Positions 47,587-58,257 are shown, counted from the first letter of the stretch. The stretch is DNA of 64,000 bases from Terracidiphilus sp. (GCA_035508555.1 DATJMU010000135.1:16607-80606), one strand, 5' to 3'. Numbers and translations: made by a program. The notes: a model not told the origin generated them from the letters alone.

Positions 47587-48587
47587 CGGCCTCGGACGCC
47601 GCGCGCCGCTTCCTGTTGCCGCTCGCGCCCGGCTACCGGCTGGCGCTTGCACTCCGCGAGATGCGTCTGCGTGCAGGCTGGGAACCGGTGCGCAAACTGC
47701 GCTGCCCTGTCGTGAGCATCGGCAGCCTTTCCGCCGGCGGATCGGGCAAAACCCCCCTCACCATCGCGCTCGCGCAGGCTCTCATCCGCCGCGGTCGGAA
47801 CGTTGACGTGCTCTCGCGCGGCTATGGCCGCACAGGTCTCCAGGCCGCTCGAGTCGATCCGGACGGCGCGGCTGAAGATTTCGGCGACGAACCGCTCCTT
47901 ATTGTGCGGGCCACCGGCGTGCCCGTTTATGTGGCCGCGCAGCGCTACGAGGCCGGCCTTCTCGCCGAGTCCGCTGACCTACCCCCAGCGGCAGGCCGCA
48001 TTCACCTACTCGATGACGGCTTCCAGCATCGCCAGCTTCATCGCGACGTGAATATCCTTCTCGTTGACGCCTGCGACTGGTTTGCGGAACGGCTGCTTCC
48101 CGCAGGCAATCTGCGCGAGCCGCTCCCGGCGATCCGCCGCGCCGACGTGCTCGCAATTCCCGCAGCCGACGCGCCGCAACTCGAACCCGGATTGCGTGGT
48201 CACGGATGGCAGGGCCCCATCTGGCGGCTGCAACGGCGCATGCAAGTCCCATCGATCAACGGCCCCATCGCTGCCTTTTGCGGCATCGCCCGCCCGGGGC
48301 AGTTCTTCGGCGGGCTCGAATCCGCCGGCTTGCACCTCGCTCTTCGCGCGGCTTTTCCGGATCACCACCGTTACGCTGTGCGCGAGATCGATCGCCTGGC
48401 CGCCAGCGCGCGCAGAGCAGGAGCCGCCGCTCTCGTGACCACGGAAAAAGACCACGTCCGCATGGGAAAGCTCGTCGCGATCCTCGGAGCATCCCTCCCG
48501 CTCAGCATTGCGCGCCTGCGCATCGAGATCGAGAATGAGCAAGCTGCTCTCAACTGGCTTGAAGACAAGCTGACCGCCACGTCCTGA
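47583..48587 (+). CDS. lpxK: Tetraacyldisaccharide 4'-kinase
   Basis: SIGSLSAGGSGKTP, LSRGYG, GDEP, LDDGFQH, LPAGNLREP, TTEKD. Confidence 0.93.
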   Translation: MTASDAARRFLLPLAPGYRLALALREMRLRAGWEPVRKLRCPVVSIGSLSAGGSGKTPLTIALAQALIRRGRNVDVLSRGYGRTGLQAARVDPDGAAEDFGDEPLLIVRATGVPVYVAAQRYEAGLLAESADLPPAAGRIHLLDDGFQHRQLHRDVNILLVDACDWFAERLLPAGNLREPLPAIRRADVLAIPAADAPQLEPGLRGHGWQGPIWRLQRRMQVPSINGPIAAFCGIARPGQFFGGLESAGLHLALRAAFPDHHRYAVREIDRLAASARRAGAAALVTTEKDHVRMGKLVAILGASLPLSIARLRIEIENEQAALNWLEDKLTATS

Positions 48588-48597
48588 TCCTAGGCCG

Positions 48598-49389
48598 CTA
48601 CACGTCAGCCTTCCACCGCTCTGCCAGCAACCCCGTGGCCTCATCCGTATCGATCTCCGCCAGCAGCAACCCCTCTACGCCGTAGGGCTGGTACGCGAGC
48701 AGCGTTCCATCGGGCCGCACGATGGCCGAGGTCGTCGGCGAGCCCATACCGGCGTAATTGACCGAGGCAAAATAGCAGCTATTCTCCGCGGCCCGGCACA
48801 GCATGGCCTTTTCATGAAAGGTGTTGCGCGGATCGGCGAAGGTTGCCGGCATAAAGCCGCCCGGCTCCGCCCAGTGGTAGTGGGGATGAAAGACCGCCTG
48901 TGCGCCGCGCCGGGCTGCCCAGCGCACGGTCTCCGGGTAGCGCCAGCCCTCATGGCAGATGGCAACGCCAAACCGGAGCCCGCCGGCCTCGAAGACTCTA
49001 CGGCCCACACCCGGGGTGTAGATTGCGTCCTCCGATGGATCGAGCTGCACCTTGTCCTGGAATCCCGCCCGAGTTCCGTCACGCGCGATCACGAGCGCAG
49101 TCGCAAACAAAGCATCACTCTCGACGCGTTCCGTTCCCAGCACCACCGCTACCCCCGCCGCTGCCGCCGCCGCCGCCACCTGTGTCCATGCGCGTTCCAG
49201 AAATGCGGCGTCCGGCGGAGGAGTCCGCGCGTCAGGCCTGCGGTAGCCGGGAATGTAGCACTCCGGAAAGCAGAGGACGGCCGCGCTTTCGACACCGGCC
49301 TGTGCGATGGCCTCGACCGCCAGCCGCAGAGATTCCTCCGGGGACCGCGGAAAGCGGAGGTTGGCCAGTGCAACGCAGACCAAACGCAT
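48598..49389 (-). CDS. Carbon-nitrogen hydrolase (nitrilase superfamily)
   Basis: E-K-C triad in FPECY, QDKVQL and ICHEG. Confidence 0.88.
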   Translation of the reverse strand: MRLVCVALANLRFPRSPEESLRLAVEAIAQAGVESAAVLCFPECYIPGYRRPDARTPPPDAAFLERAWTQVAAAAAAAGVAVVLGTERVESDALFATALVIARDGTRAGFQDKVQLDPSEDAIYTPGVGRRVFEAGGLRFGVAICHEGWRYPETVRWAARRGAQAVFHPHYHWAEPGGFMPATFADPRNTFHEKAMLCRAAENSCYFASVNYAGMGSPTTSAIVRPDGTLLAYQPYGVEGLLLAEIDTDEATGLLAERWKADV

Positions 49390-49442
49390 GGGTCTTTATG
49401 TTAGCAGGCCCCAGCCGAAGCGCCTGGCCGCTCGTCGCTGCT

Positions 49443-50291
49443 CTAGCGCATCCGCCCCAGGTCGCGCAGTTGCTTCGCTGCCGCCTCAAGGAAGGTTTCC
49501 ACGCTGATACCTTCGGGCACTTCGAGACCCGACTTCGCCTGGATGGCCGCGGCGATGCGCTGCGCCAGTGCCTGCCGCGTTTCGATGCTCATGTCCAGGC
49601 GCCGGGAGAAAAACCCCTCCAGGACCTCGAGATCCGCCGGAGCGAGTTTCGTGATCCCCGTGGCCGGCAGCGTTACGCGTATCTGCGGCTCGACGCTTGT
49701 CGGTGGGGGCGCGAAGATCTGTGCCGTAAAGGTGCGCGCGCCCGAGTCGATCCACGGCGTCGCTTCCTCTTCGCGGTCCCGGACCACCAGCGTCCCCGCG
49801 GCCAGGTCGCCCAGCCGCTGGTGCTGCTTGGTCACGAACATGGCGATGACTCCCACCGCATAGAATCCCGGGAACTGGTCCACGTAGCGCACCAGGTTGC
49901 GCGCCATCGACTCGAAGAGGCCAATGGCCCGCCCCGTGCGCTGGATCACGCGAATCCGCGCCACGCGTTTGCCGGGCGTACGCCCGTTCCAGAAGGCCTC
50001 AAAGAGCGTGAAGTAGCCCCAGTTGACCAGAAAGACGAGAAGAACGGCGATGGCTACCACCCACTGCGCCGAGATTCGCGAGAAGGCCGCAATGCTCGTC
50101 ACGATGGCCACAAAGAGCAGTCCCAGCAAAAAGGCCCCCGCGCCCCAGATAAGGTAATCGACCAGCAGCGCAATAAACCGGCTGCCGATGCCGGCCAGCG
50201 GCATCTCGATCGCCACCAGCTCCGGTGTGTCGATATTCAGCTGGTCTGAATCGCGCGAGACTGGGTTAAGCTGGTCTGGACCCGTATCCAT
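49443..50291 (-). CDS. RDD family membrane protein
   Basis: AGIGSRFIALLVD, GRTPGKR, RLGDLAAGTLVV. Confidence 0.88.
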   Translation of the reverse strand: MDTGPDQLNPVSRDSDQLNIDTPELVAIEMPLAGIGSRFIALLVDYLIWGAGAFLLGLLFVAIVTSIAAFSRISAQWVVAIAVLLVFLVNWGYFTLFEAFWNGRTPGKRVARIRVIQRTGRAIGLFESMARNLVRYVDQFPGFYAVGVIAMFVTKQHQRLGDLAAGTLVVRDREEEATPWIDSGARTFTAQIFAPPPTSVEPQIRVTLPATGITKLAPADLEVLEGFFSRRLDMSIETRQALAQRIAAAIQAKSGLEVPEGISVETFLEAAAKQLRDLGRMR

Positions 50292-51264
50292 GGCGCAAAT
50301 TCTCTCCAACCAGTGGATTCAAAGGCGGCGTCCCTACTGGGACCGCCTCTCCGTGCTGCTGGCACAGTCGGGCGCCGCAGGCCTGGGTCGGCTCACGCGC
50401 GCCGAGCTGCGCGAGATGGCCTTGCTCTACCGGCAGGTGGCTGCCGACCTCTCTGTGCTCCGTCAGGACAACACCGCCCGCGCCTACGCTCAACATGTGA
50501 ATCAATTGCTGGCTCGCGCCCACGATATCATCTATTCGGGCCGGAAGACCAGCTTGCTTACGCTCCTCCGCTTTCTCCGCGACGATTATCCCGCCATTTT
50601 CCAGAGCCAGATCGGATTTGTCTTTGCCTCCTTCGCGGTTACGGTGGCCTTCGGCATCTTGGGCGCCGTGCTGACGAACGCGCGGCCTGAGTTCATGCGC
50701 CACTTTGTCGGTCCGCAGATGATTGCCACCATGGAGCGCCACGAGATGTGGACCAAGTCCATTGTCAGCATCAAACCCATGGCGTCCAGCTTCATCATGA
50801 CCAACAACCTCACCGTGGCCTTTGTCACTTTCGCCAGCGGCATCGTCTTTGGTGTAGGAACTCTCTGGTATCTCCTGTTCAACGGCCTTATGCTTGGGGT
50901 CATCGGCGCGGCCTGCCATCAGTTCGGCATGTCGGTCGAGCTCTGGAGCTTTGTTGCGCCTCACGGCTCGCTGGAGCTGCCTGCGATCCTCATCGCCGGC
51001 GGTGCCGGATTGCGCCTCGGCTACGCTATGCTCTTCCCCGGAGCGCTGCGCTGGAAGGACTCTGTGGCCCGCGGCGGCATCGAGGCTACGCGCCTGGTCT
51101 CCGGCGTCATTCCCATGCTCATCGTCGCCGGCTCGCTGGAGGGCTTCTTCTCGCCGTCGCACGCAGCCCCGTGGCTCAAGTTCACCGTCGGCGGAATGCT
51201 CTTTACGCTGCTGCTGTTGTGGCTCTTCCGGCCGGTCAAGGCCTTACCTACAGAAGATCAATAG
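50290..51264 (+). CDS. SpoIIM-like (DUF95) membrane protein
   Basis: LYRQVAADLS, IMTNNLTVAF, APHGSLELPAILIAGGAG, LEGFFSP. Confidence 0.88.
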   Translation: MAQILSNQWIQRRRPYWDRLSVLLAQSGAAGLGRLTRAELREMALLYRQVAADLSVLRQDNTARAYAQHVNQLLARAHDIIYSGRKTSLLTLLRFLRDDYPAIFQSQIGFVFASFAVTVAFGILGAVLTNARPEFMRHFVGPQMIATMERHEMWTKSIVSIKPMASSFIMTNNLTVAFVTFASGIVFGVGTLWYLLFNGLMLGVIGAACHQFGMSVELWSFVAPHGSLELPAILIAGGAGLRLGYAMLFPGALRWKDSVARGGIEATRLVSGVIPMLIVAGSLEGFFSPSHAAPWLKFTVGGMLFTLLLLWLFRPVKALPTEDQ

Positions 51265-51330
51265 CTGTTTCCGCATGATGCGGCTCCAAGCAGCCCCGTT
51301 GCAAATCGCTCATGGAAGCGATAGAGGGTC

Positions 51331-52506
51331 TTACACCTTTACGAAAATCCTCCTGCGGTATAGCACCCACACCGCAATGAAGCAAATCGCCATGTACGAG
51401 AACGAATAGGCAAAGGCCGCCCAGCCAATATCGGGAATATGCGCGAAGATGTGGAACCGCGCCCAAATCAGCGGGCCTACCAATTTCCCGCCAGACGGAA
51501 TATGAATCATGTCCAGCGCGCCGGGCAGCAGCTCGCTGATCATGTAAGCCACAATCGCGTTCGATCCGAAAACGAGCCACGGCCATGTCGCGGCCTTGCC
51601 CGGCTCCTTCTTGCCCCACCCCTTGAGCTCGATGGCCCAGAACGCCAGCGCAAATACCGCCAGCGACCACCCCGCCGAAACCAGCACATACGAACTGGTC
51701 CACATCTTCTTGTTGATCGGGAACCACACGCCCCACAGGTAGCCGACACACAGGCAGGCGGCCGCGCCCAGCACAAGCCCCAGCGCCTTCCTTCGCTTGT
51801 CAGCGTCCCCCATAAGCCCGATACCAGTCAACAATCCCAGCAGTGCCGTTCCCACCGCCGGAATATCGCTCAGCAGCCCTTCGGGGTCGCGCGCGTCGTG
51901 CAGTGGCGCGTCCTCATACAAGTGGTACGGCATCAGATGCCGGTCGGTCCACGCCACAATGTTCTGGTTCCTGTCGAGGAAGGGAATGTTGCGCCCCGGC
52001 ACGCCCGCGCCCGGTACGGGCACCCACCGCACCAGCACCCAGTAGCCCACCAGCGTAACGGCCAACACCGCAATCTTGGTCCACACGCGGCGGTCCCACA
52101 GGTAGAACAGCCCCACGATCAGGTAGCAGATGGCGATCCGTTGCAGCACCCCGTAAATCCGCAGGTGCTCCAGGTGGAAGTATGGAAATCCGTTCACCAC
52201 AATCCCCAGCAGGAACAGCACTGCCGCACGTTGGATCGTGTGCTTCGCCAGCTGCGCTCGCGTGGCTCCGCGCTGCAGCCGCGCCTCCACTGAGAACACG
52301 ATCGAAACCCCCACCACGAACAGGAACGTCGGAAACACCAGGTCCGTCATCGTCAGCCCGTTCCAGAACGAGTGTTCCATCTGCTTCCATGCGCCCGGCC
52401 CGCCATTGTTGTTCACCATGATCATGATCGCGATGGTGAGGCCGCGCAGCACATCCAGCGACAGCAGCCGCTTTGACGGCGTAGGGGGCGATGTAGGCTT
52501 GGTCAT
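51331..52506 (-). CDS. HGSNAT-like/NagX-type transmembrane acyltransferase
   Basis: RLLSLDVLRG, DLVFPTFLF, GVLQRIA, DPEGLLS, PINKKMWTSSY, FGSNAI. Confidence 0.85.
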   Translation of the reverse strand: MTKPTSPPTPSKRLLSLDVLRGLTIAIMIMVNNNGGPGAWKQMEHSFWNGLTMTDLVFPTFLFVVGVSIVFSVEARLQRGATRAQLAKHTIQRAAVLFLLGIVVNGFPYFHLEHLRIYGVLQRIAICYLIVGLFYLWDRRVWTKIAVLAVTLVGYWVLVRWVPVPGAGVPGRNIPFLDRNQNIVAWTDRHLMPYHLYEDAPLHDARDPEGLLSDIPAVGTALLGLLTGIGLMGDADKRRKALGLVLGAAACLCVGYLWGVWFPINKKMWTSSYVLVSAGWSLAVFALAFWAIELKGWGKKEPGKAATWPWLVFGSNAIVAYMISELLPGALDMIHIPSGGKLVGPLIWARFHIFAHIPDIGWAAFAYSFSYMAICFIAVWVLYRRRIFVKV

Positions 52507-52681
52507 CTGTCTCCTTGGAGCGTGCGATTGCACGGGATGCTTTCTACCCTAAGTGCCCAGCCCCTGCTTCGCCAAGCCATTTCCTCGCCGTCCTTATGTC
52601 ATTCCCCCAGCCCGCGCTGCTACACTCGCAATTTCAGAGATACCGCCGCAATTTACCTCACGCTGCCCATGGAGGGGTTTA

Positions 52682-54946
52682 ATGGCCGATTTTCAACCTT
52701 TTGTTCCGGCAACCGAACGGCCGCCGGAGTTCACCCTTCGCGCCATCCTCCTCGGCTGCTTTTTCGGCCTCATCTTCGGCGCCGTCACCGTCTACGTGGG
52801 CCTGCGCGCCGGGCTCACCGTTGCCGCTTCCATTCCCATCGCCGTGCTCTCCATCAGCATGTTGCGCTGGATCGCCGCCATCTGCCGCAGCAAGTTCGTC
52901 CAGGCGCTTCCGCTGCCGCGGTCCTTCAAGCAATGGCTCGGCTCTGAGGCTTCCATCCTCGAAAACAACATCGTCCAGACCACCGGCAACGCCGGCCAGT
53001 CCATCGCCTCGGGCGTCATCTTCACGCTGCCCGCCCTCATCTTTCTCGGCTTCGATCTCCAGTACTCCCGCATCTTCATGCTCGCGCTCATCGGCGGCTG
53101 GCTCGGCGTGCTCTTCATGATCCCCTTGCGCCGCCAGCTCATCGTGCAGGAGCACGGCGTCCTGCCCTATCCCGAAGGCACCGCCTGCGCCGATGTGCTC
53201 ATCGCTGGCGAGCGCGGCGGCTCCCTCGCCAGCCGCGTCTTTCTCGGCCTCGGCCTCGGCGGCCTTTACACCTTCTTCCAGAACGAGAACCTCTTCAGCG
53301 CCTGGCCCAGCACGCCCGAATACAAACCCGACTTCGGTCCCCAGCACGTGCTCAAGGGTGCCAGCATCAACGGCGACCTTACCTCAGAATATCTGGGGGT
53401 CGGCTACATCATCGGTGCGCGCGTGGCCGGCATCCTCTTCGCCGGCGGCGTGCTCTCCTGGCTCGTCATTATGCCGCTCATCTATTTCTTCGGCAAAGAC
53501 CTCGGCCATCCTGTTTATCCCGGCGAGGTCCCCATCGCGCAGATGGGCCCCGGCGACCTGTGGAGCGCCTACATCAAGCCCATGGGCGCGGGCGCCGTCG
53601 CCGCATCGGGCCTCATCACCCTCATCAAAACCGTGCCCACCATCTTCAGCGCCCTCACCGCCGGCTTCAAAACCATGCGCCCCGGCGCCGGAGGCTCCGC
53701 CAAACCCAGCCGCACGGAGAACGACCTCTCCATGGGCGTCGTCCTCATCGGCTCGCTGTTCATCGTCGTGCTCATGTTTCTCTTCCTCGAGTTCCGGCCC
53801 GTGCCAGGCGCCTTTGTCGGCTGGGGAGCCAATCTCGCGGCTTCGCTGCTGGTCGTCGTCTTCGGATTTCTTTTTGTCACCGTCAGCTCGCGCATCGTCG
53901 GCATCGTCGGCTCCTCGGCCAGCCCCGTCTCCGGCATGACCATCGCCACGCTCATGGCTACCGCCGCCGTCTTCCTCGTCGAGGGCTGGACCGCTCCGGC
54001 CTTCGGAGCCCTCGCCATCACCATTGGCGGCGTGGTCTGCATCGCAGCTTCCAACTCGGGCGACACCTCGCAGGACCTCAAGACCGGCTACATCGTAGGC
54101 TCGACGCCCCGCCTTCAGCAGATCGCCCTTATGATCGGCGTTGTCGTCTCCACGGTCGTGATCGGATTCACGCTCAATCTGATGAACACCGGCCTGGAGC
54201 GGTTCCAGTCTGAGCCCCACGCCTGGAACATCAATGCCGCGCACCCCGGCGTCTCCATCGAGAACAACGCGCAGTATCTGCCTAACGAAATCCGCGTCAC
54301 CGGTCCCAACAACACCGTCACGGTCCACAGCAAGTCCGACTACATCGTCCTCAACGCCATCGGATCGACTGAGCTGTCGGACGGCAAGTACCTCTACTCG
54401 CCGGCCACGCATCGCATCGAGGTCCATTGGATCCAGGGCATCGGCAGCGCCAGCGCGCCCGCGCCCCAGGCCCGCCTCATGGCCACCGTCATCAACGGTA
54501 TTCTCAGCCGCAAGCTGCCCTGGGGGCTTGTTCTGCTTGGCGTATCAATTGTCATCGCCGTCGAACTCCTCGGCATCCGTTCGCTGCCTTTCGCCGTGGG
54601 CGCCTATCTTCCCATCGGTACCACGCTGCCCATCTTCTGCGGCGGCGTCGTGCGCTGGTTCGTCGACATGGCCGCCAAGCGCGCCAACCCCGAATCCGCC
54701 GAGACCGAAAGCGAGATCTCCCCCGGCTCCCTCTACGCCAGCGGCCTCATCGCCGCCGGCGGCATCGCCGGCCTCATCGGCGTGGCGCTCAAAGCCTACG
54801 AAACATCGTTCAACAAGCCCAACATGCTCGGCTTCCCGCAGACCTTCCCCTTCACCATCTTCGACAACCAATGGGTCGCGGTTGCAGCCTTTGCCATGTT
54901 AGGCTTTTCGCTCTACTACTTCGCGCGCAAGCCCCTCAAGAAGTAG
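52682..54946 (+). CDS. OPT family oligopeptide transporter
   Basis: EFTLRA, ASIPIAV, ENNIVQT, YPEGTAC, SPVSG, QDLKTG, ASGLIA. Confidence 0.92.
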   Translation: MADFQPFVPATERPPEFTLRAILLGCFFGLIFGAVTVYVGLRAGLTVAASIPIAVLSISMLRWIAAICRSKFVQALPLPRSFKQWLGSEASILENNIVQTTGNAGQSIASGVIFTLPALIFLGFDLQYSRIFMLALIGGWLGVLFMIPLRRQLIVQEHGVLPYPEGTACADVLIAGERGGSLASRVFLGLGLGGLYTFFQNENLFSAWPSTPEYKPDFGPQHVLKGASINGDLTSEYLGVGYIIGARVAGILFAGGVLSWLVIMPLIYFFGKDLGHPVYPGEVPIAQMGPGDLWSAYIKPMGAGAVAASGLITLIKTVPTIFSALTAGFKTMRPGAGGSAKPSRTENDLSMGVVLIGSLFIVVLMFLFLEFRPVPGAFVGWGANLAASLLVVVFGFLFVTVSSRIVGIVGSSASPVSGMTIATLMATAAVFLVEGWTAPAFGALAITIGGVVCIAASNSGDTSQDLKTGYIVGSTPRLQQIALMIGVVVSTVVIGFTLNLMNTGLERFQSEPHAWNINAAHPGVSIENNAQYLPNEIRVTGPNNTVTVHSKSDYIVLNAIGSTELSDGKYLYSPATHRIEVHWIQGIGSASAPAPQARLMATVINGILSRKLPWGLVLLGVSIVIAVELLGIRSLPFAVGAYLPIGTTLPIFCGGVVRWFVDMAAKRANPESAETESEISPGSLYASGLIAAGGIAGLIGVALKAYETSFNKPNMLGFPQTFPFTIFDNQWVAVAAFAMLGFSLYYFARKPLKK

Positions 54947-55138
54947 AAATCGACGGCACTCGCCGCCGTCTCAGACTGGGAATGCGGATGACTCTCACCG
55001 AGGTCGCGCAAGGCTCCATGATCGCATCGCGGCTTGCGGCGCCGGCATTGATGCCAGCCGCTGGCGTCCGGCTCACTGCGTGGGATGGTGTCCAGGAGCT
55101 CGCGCATCCCGATCAACGCGGGCTTGAGAGCGGGCAGG

Positions 55139-56188
55139 TCAGGCGGTAGCCCGCTGCTGGTCGAGCGGCCTGGTGCCGAAGAGACAAAGATTGTTGCGGC
55201 CCGTGTCCTTGACGGCGTACATGGCGGCGTCGGCGTTGCGCAGGAGCTCTTCGGCGGTGCGGCCATCCCGGGGAAAGACGGCGACGCCGACGCTGAGGGT
55301 CAGGCGGACGGTGCGGCCGCCGATCTGGATGGGCTGCGAGCAGTTGCGGACGATGTGCTCGCCGCAACGCTGCACGTCTTGTGCCCTGCGGAAGTCGGGC
55401 ATCACGACGACAAACTCGTCACCTCCCATGCGGGCCACGGTGTCTGACTCGCGCACCGAAGAGAGCAGGCGCTGGCCGACGGCGGCGAGCAGGACGTCGC
55501 CGTCGGCGTGGCCGAGCGAGTCGTTGATCTGCTTGAAGTAGTCTATGTCGAGCAGGAAGACCGCGACCTTCTGGTTGTGACTCTGCGCCTCAAGGATCGC
55601 CTGCCGCAGACGCTCGTGGAGCAGAGTGCGGTTGGCCAGGCCGGTGAGGTGGTCGTGGTGGGCCAGGTAGGTTACGTGGTCGGAGCGGCGGCGGTGCTCG
55701 GTCACATCGCGGCTGGTGATGGCGATGCCGTTGCCCAGCCGGACCACCTGCACGTTGAGCCAGGTGGCCTTGATCATCTCGTCGTCGATGAAGACCTCGC
55801 AGGAGTACGGAATCCCGGTGCGCACGACCTCGCAGTACCGGTGGATGAGGCCGGATCGGACCATGAACGGCCGGACTTCCGTGAGGACTTTTCTGTAGAG
55901 GCTCTCGCGAGGGACACCGAGCCGGCGCTCGGCGTTGGGGTTGATGTAGCTGAAGCGGAAGTCGACGATGGCCCCGGAGGCGTCAGGGACGCCGTCGAAG
56001 ATGTAGAAGTCGTCGAGGGTGCATTCGGCGGCTGCGAAGAACTGGGAGTAATCGTCCGTTGCGGCCGTCGATGCTCCGGAAACGCATCGAGGACAAGCGC
56101 CGCCGGTGAGGGCAGAGATCCCGTGACGGACACATTTCGTGTCCGGGCGGGGCGTTTTGTCTTGTTGACCTCCGACAGATGGGGACAT
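55139..56188 (-). CDS. PAS-GGDEF diguanylate cyclase
   Basis: PAS-like domain, HDHLTGLANR, DIDYFK, RESD I-site, intact GGDEF. Start uncertain (up to 56308). Confidence 0.87.
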   Translation of the reverse strand: MSPSVGGQQDKTPRPDTKCVRHGISALTGGACPRCVSGASTAATDDYSQFFAAAECTLDDFYIFDGVPDASGAIVDFRFSYINPNAERRLGVPRESLYRKVLTEVRPFMVRSGLIHRYCEVVRTGIPYSCEVFIDDEMIKATWLNVQVVRLGNGIAITSRDVTEHRRRSDHVTYLAHHDHLTGLANRTLLHERLRQAILEAQSHNQKVAVFLLDIDYFKQINDSLGHADGDVLLAAVGQRLLSSVRESDTVARMGGDEFVVVMPDFRRAQDVQRCGEHIVRNCSQPIQIGGRTVRLTLSVGVAVFPRDGRTAEELLRNADAAMYAVKDTGRNNLCLFGTRPLDQQRATA

Positions 56189-56324
56189 TTGCGAAGAATT
56201 ATATCGTTGCCAGACGCGGCGTTCATCCCACGGAAGGGGTATCGAGATGGTAGCGGGGCGGCAGGTGGAGGGTACGTTCCTGCTATCCCGAGCGCCGGAG
56301 GTGGACACTGCGAAAGCTGTATCC

Positions 56325-56906
56325 CTACGCGGTCATATACGCTTCGAGCACATCGAGGAAACGGGCGAGCCAGGCGGGGTGCGCGGTCCAGGCGGGGCCG
56401 GTGACGAGGTTGCCGTCAACGACGGCGGCGGTAAAATCGACTGCCTCGAAGGTTCCGCCAGCCAGTTCGACCTCGGGAGCGCAGGCGGGGTAGGCGTTGA
56501 CGCGGCGGCCTTTGAGCACACCGGCGGCGGCCAGAAGCTGGGGGCCGTGGCAGAGAGCCGCGATGGGCTTGCCGGCCTGGTCGAAGTAGCGGACGACGTC
56601 GAGGACCTTGGGGTTGAGGCGCAGGTACTCGGGGGCCCGGCCACCGGGGATGACGAGGGCGTCGTAGTTTTCGGGATCGATCTCGTCGAAGGTTGCATTG
56701 AGGGTGAAGTTGTGGCCGCGCTTTTCGGAGTAGGTCTGGTCGCCCTCGAAGTCGTGAATCGCGGTGCGGACCTGGTCGCCTGTCTTCTTGCCGGGGCAGA
56801 CGGTGTGGACGGTGTGGCCGACCATCTGGAGGGCCTGGAAGGGAACCATAATTTCGTAGTCCTCGACAAAATCGCCGGCAAGAAGCAGGAGTTTAGCGGG
56901 TTTCAT
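56325..56906 (-). CDS. DJ-1/PfpI family protein
   Basis: [27 protein letters not shown]. Confidence 0.92.
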   Translation of the reverse strand: MKPAKLLLLAGDFVEDYEIMVPFQALQMVGHTVHTVCPGKKTGDQVRTAIHDFEGDQTYSEKRGHNFTLNATFDEIDPENYDALVIPGGRAPEYLRLNPKVLDVVRYFDQAGKPIAALCHGPQLLAAAGVLKGRRVNAYPACAPEVELAGGTFEAVDFTAAVVDGNLVTGPAWTAHPAWLARFLDVLEAYMTA

Positions 56907-56969
56907 GACGGATCATCCTCCGCCGACAAGTTTGGCACAGTGCGGCGGGTCCCAACGTAAAATTCATTT

Positions 56970-57692
56970 ATGGTCCCAGACGCAGCTTTTTTGGACACGA
57001 CCCTTGAGGCTCTGAATGCGAGGATCGTGGCGTGCGCGCTGTGTCCGCGGCTGCGGGCCCACAGCGCGGAGGTGGCGCGGGTGAAGCGGCGCGCTTACGC
57101 GGAGTGGGAGTACTGGGGCAGGCCGGTGCCGTCGTTCGGCGACCCGAAGGCGCGCGTGCTGGCGCTCGGACTGGCGCCGGGGGCGCATGGGTCAAACCGT
57201 ACGGGACGGCCGTTCACGGGCGACGGTTCGGGGGATTTTCTGTACCCGGTGCTGCACCAGGCGGGGTTTGCTTCGCAGGCCAAGGCGGTTTCGCGGGACG
57301 ACGGGATGCAGCTGCGCGGGCTGTGGATCAGCGCGGTGGTGCGTTGCGCGCCGCCTGGGAACAAGCCCACGCCGGAGGAGCAGCGCAACTGCGCGCCGTG
57401 GCTCGGCCGCGAGATGGGGCTGCTCAAGAACCTGCGCGTGGCGGTGTGCCTGGGAAGAATTGCGTTCGATGGGCTGTTGGCTTGGGCGCAGCGGGAGGGC
57501 GGTCCCGGCGCGGCAAGGCTGGCGCGATCGGAGTTTGTGTTTGCGCATGGGGCCGAGTACACGCTGCCGGGTGGGCTGGTGGCGATCGCGAGCTATCATC
57601 CCTCGCTGCAAAACACGAACACCGGGAAACTGACGCACGCCATGTTTCTGGACGTGTTCAGGCGGGCGCAGAAGGTGGCTGGGCTGACGTGA
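56970..57692 (+). CDS. Uracil-DNA glycosylase family 5 (Fe-S)
   Basis: CALCPRL, GLAPGAHGSNRTGRPFTGD, VRCAPPGNKP, YHPS. Confidence 0.88.
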   Translation: MVPDAAFLDTTLEALNARIVACALCPRLRAHSAEVARVKRRAYAEWEYWGRPVPSFGDPKARVLALGLAPGAHGSNRTGRPFTGDGSGDFLYPVLHQAGFASQAKAVSRDDGMQLRGLWISAVVRCAPPGNKPTPEEQRNCAPWLGREMGLLKNLRVAVCLGRIAFDGLLAWAQREGGPGAARLARSEFVFAHGAEYTLPGGLVAIASYHPSLQNTNTGKLTHAMFLDVFRRAQKVAGLT

Positions 57693-57729
57693 GGGCGCGC
57701 TGGCCGGAAGAATTCGGGGAGAACGAGCG

Positions 57730-58224
57730 ATGAAGTTGCGGGAGAAAATTCTGGAGCGGGGGATTTTGAAGGACGTGTCGCCGGATGAGTTCGCTCCGCG
57801 GGCAGAGCGCACGAATCCAGTTGATCATTGGTCGCCGCCGATCCTGCTGGAGCGGGCGGCGTATCTGCGCAAGCTGGCGAAGGCCGGCGACGGATCGGCG
57901 TCGGAGACGCTGCGCGAATATCCGCAGCACTTCGCGATGCTCTCGTACCGCAGCCGCAACGGCGAGGCGGAGGTGCACGAGGAGTTTGCCGATTTATTTT
58001 ACGTTCTGGCGGGCGCGGCGACGCTGGTGACTGGCGGTAACGTGACGGGCGCGCGGAGCGCGGGGCCGGGCGAGACGCGCGGCAGCGGGATCGAGGGCGG
58101 CGCGAGGCAGGAGTTACGAGCTGGCGATGTGGCGCACGTACCGGCGAGTGTGCCCCACAAGATGCTGGTTTCGAGTGAAGAGACGTTGACCTGCTTTGTG
58201 CTGAAGATTCGGCAGGCAAGCTGA
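57730..58224 (+). CDS. Cupin-domain protein
   Basis: AEVHEEFADLFYV and GDVAHVPASVPH cupin motifs. Confidence 0.75.
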   Translation: MKLREKILERGILKDVSPDEFAPRAERTNPVDHWSPPILLERAAYLRKLAKAGDGSASETLREYPQHFAMLSYRSRNGEAEVHEEFADLFYVLAGAATLVTGGNVTGARSAGPGETRGSGIEGGARQELRAGDVAHVPASVPHKMLVSSEETLTCFVLKIRQAS

Positions 58225-58257
58225 AAGGGCGATCTGCAGGTGGGAGCGCCGAAGGAT

